In this document: positions 63,592 to 64,000 of the stretch, one piece after another
Layout: each line of letters starts with the position of its first letter
How positions within the stretch are numbered: the stretch's first letter is position 1
Assembly: GCA_051652765.1 (NCBI GenBank)
Contig: JBOFUV010000052.1
Coordinates: forward strand, 32,001-96,000
Reading direction: 5' to 3'
Origin: Microcoleaceae cyanobacterium
GTDB lineage: Bacteria > Cyanobacteriota > Cyanobacteriia > Cyanobacteriales > Microcoleaceae
DNA: 64,000 bases
The notes under the pieces: model-generated
Databases searched by the model: none
Seen by the model: only the letters and a program-made list of their open reading frames with translations
What the model was told of the DNA's origin: nothing
Program-made: the position numbers and the translations under genes

Positions 63592-64000
63592 CTAAGCTGG
63601 GGCTGCTGAGGTTCTAGCCGTTGTTTTGCCAATAATTTCTCCCTTCAGCATCCGTTGGGCCGCTTCCAAGAGTTGTTCCTCTAAATAGGGCTTGGTAAAG
63701 TAACCTCTAGCCCCAAGTTGGTAAGCCATTTGACGATGGCGATCCGCACCCCGAGAAGTCAACATTGCAATCGGGAGATCAACAAGAGTTGCATCTTTTT
63801 GCATCCGAGAGAGCAGTTCCAATCCGTCCATGCGCGGCATTTCAATGTCGCAGAAAACCAAATCGCAGGGCAACCCCGACTTGAGTTTTTCCCAAGCTTC
63901 CTTACCATCTCTGGCTTCTTCAACACGATAACCAGATTTCTCAAAGGTAATCGAGAGGAGCGATCGCACAGTAATGGAGTCATCAACAATCAGGACGGTT
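63592..64000 (-). CDS. C-terminal receiver domain of a CheA-like hybrid taxis kinase (partial; gene starts beyond the window)
   Basis: TVLIVDDSITVR, CDIEMPRMDGLELL, AMLTSRGADRHR, YFTKPYLEE; frame open to the window edge. Confidence 0.85.
   Translation of the reverse strand, partial: TVLIVDDSITVRSLLSITFEKSGYRVEEARDGKEAWEKLKSGLPCDLVFCDIEMPRMDGLELLSRMQKDATLVDLPIAMLTSRGADRHRQMAYQLGARGYFTKPYLEEQLLEAAQRMLKGEIIGKTTARTSAAPA

Overview
A 64-kb core-genome-like segment of a cyanobacterium, probably a filamentous Oscillatoriales-type organism (abundant HIP1 GCGATCGC, cyanobacterial gene families). It holds housekeeping genes (dnaX, yidD, queC, tRNA-Cys, acyP, aspC, pyrG, prfC, comM/yifB, ygfZ, gap1, rpsU, nagA, leuB), several two-component signalling genes, an FHA/TPS-domain + TPR-CHAT + DUF928 cluster and a large RTX/Ig-repeat surface protein. 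No CRISPR array, rRNA or intact transposase is visible. Most unusual: (1) a membrane-spanning PstS-like binding domain + 3x DUF4912 + uncharacterised C-terminal domain protein, whose last domain is also encoded as a separate ~53%-identical protein by the gene directly upstream, next to an ABC exporter; (2) a MOSC domain fused to an alkyltransferase-like domain lacking the catalytic Cys; (3) a 145-bp MITE with an 8-bp target duplication inside a REP-like palindrome; (4) candidate Pho-box, HLR1 and rbp-type leader motifs and many short tandem duplications. All family calls come from motif recognition by eye, not database searches.
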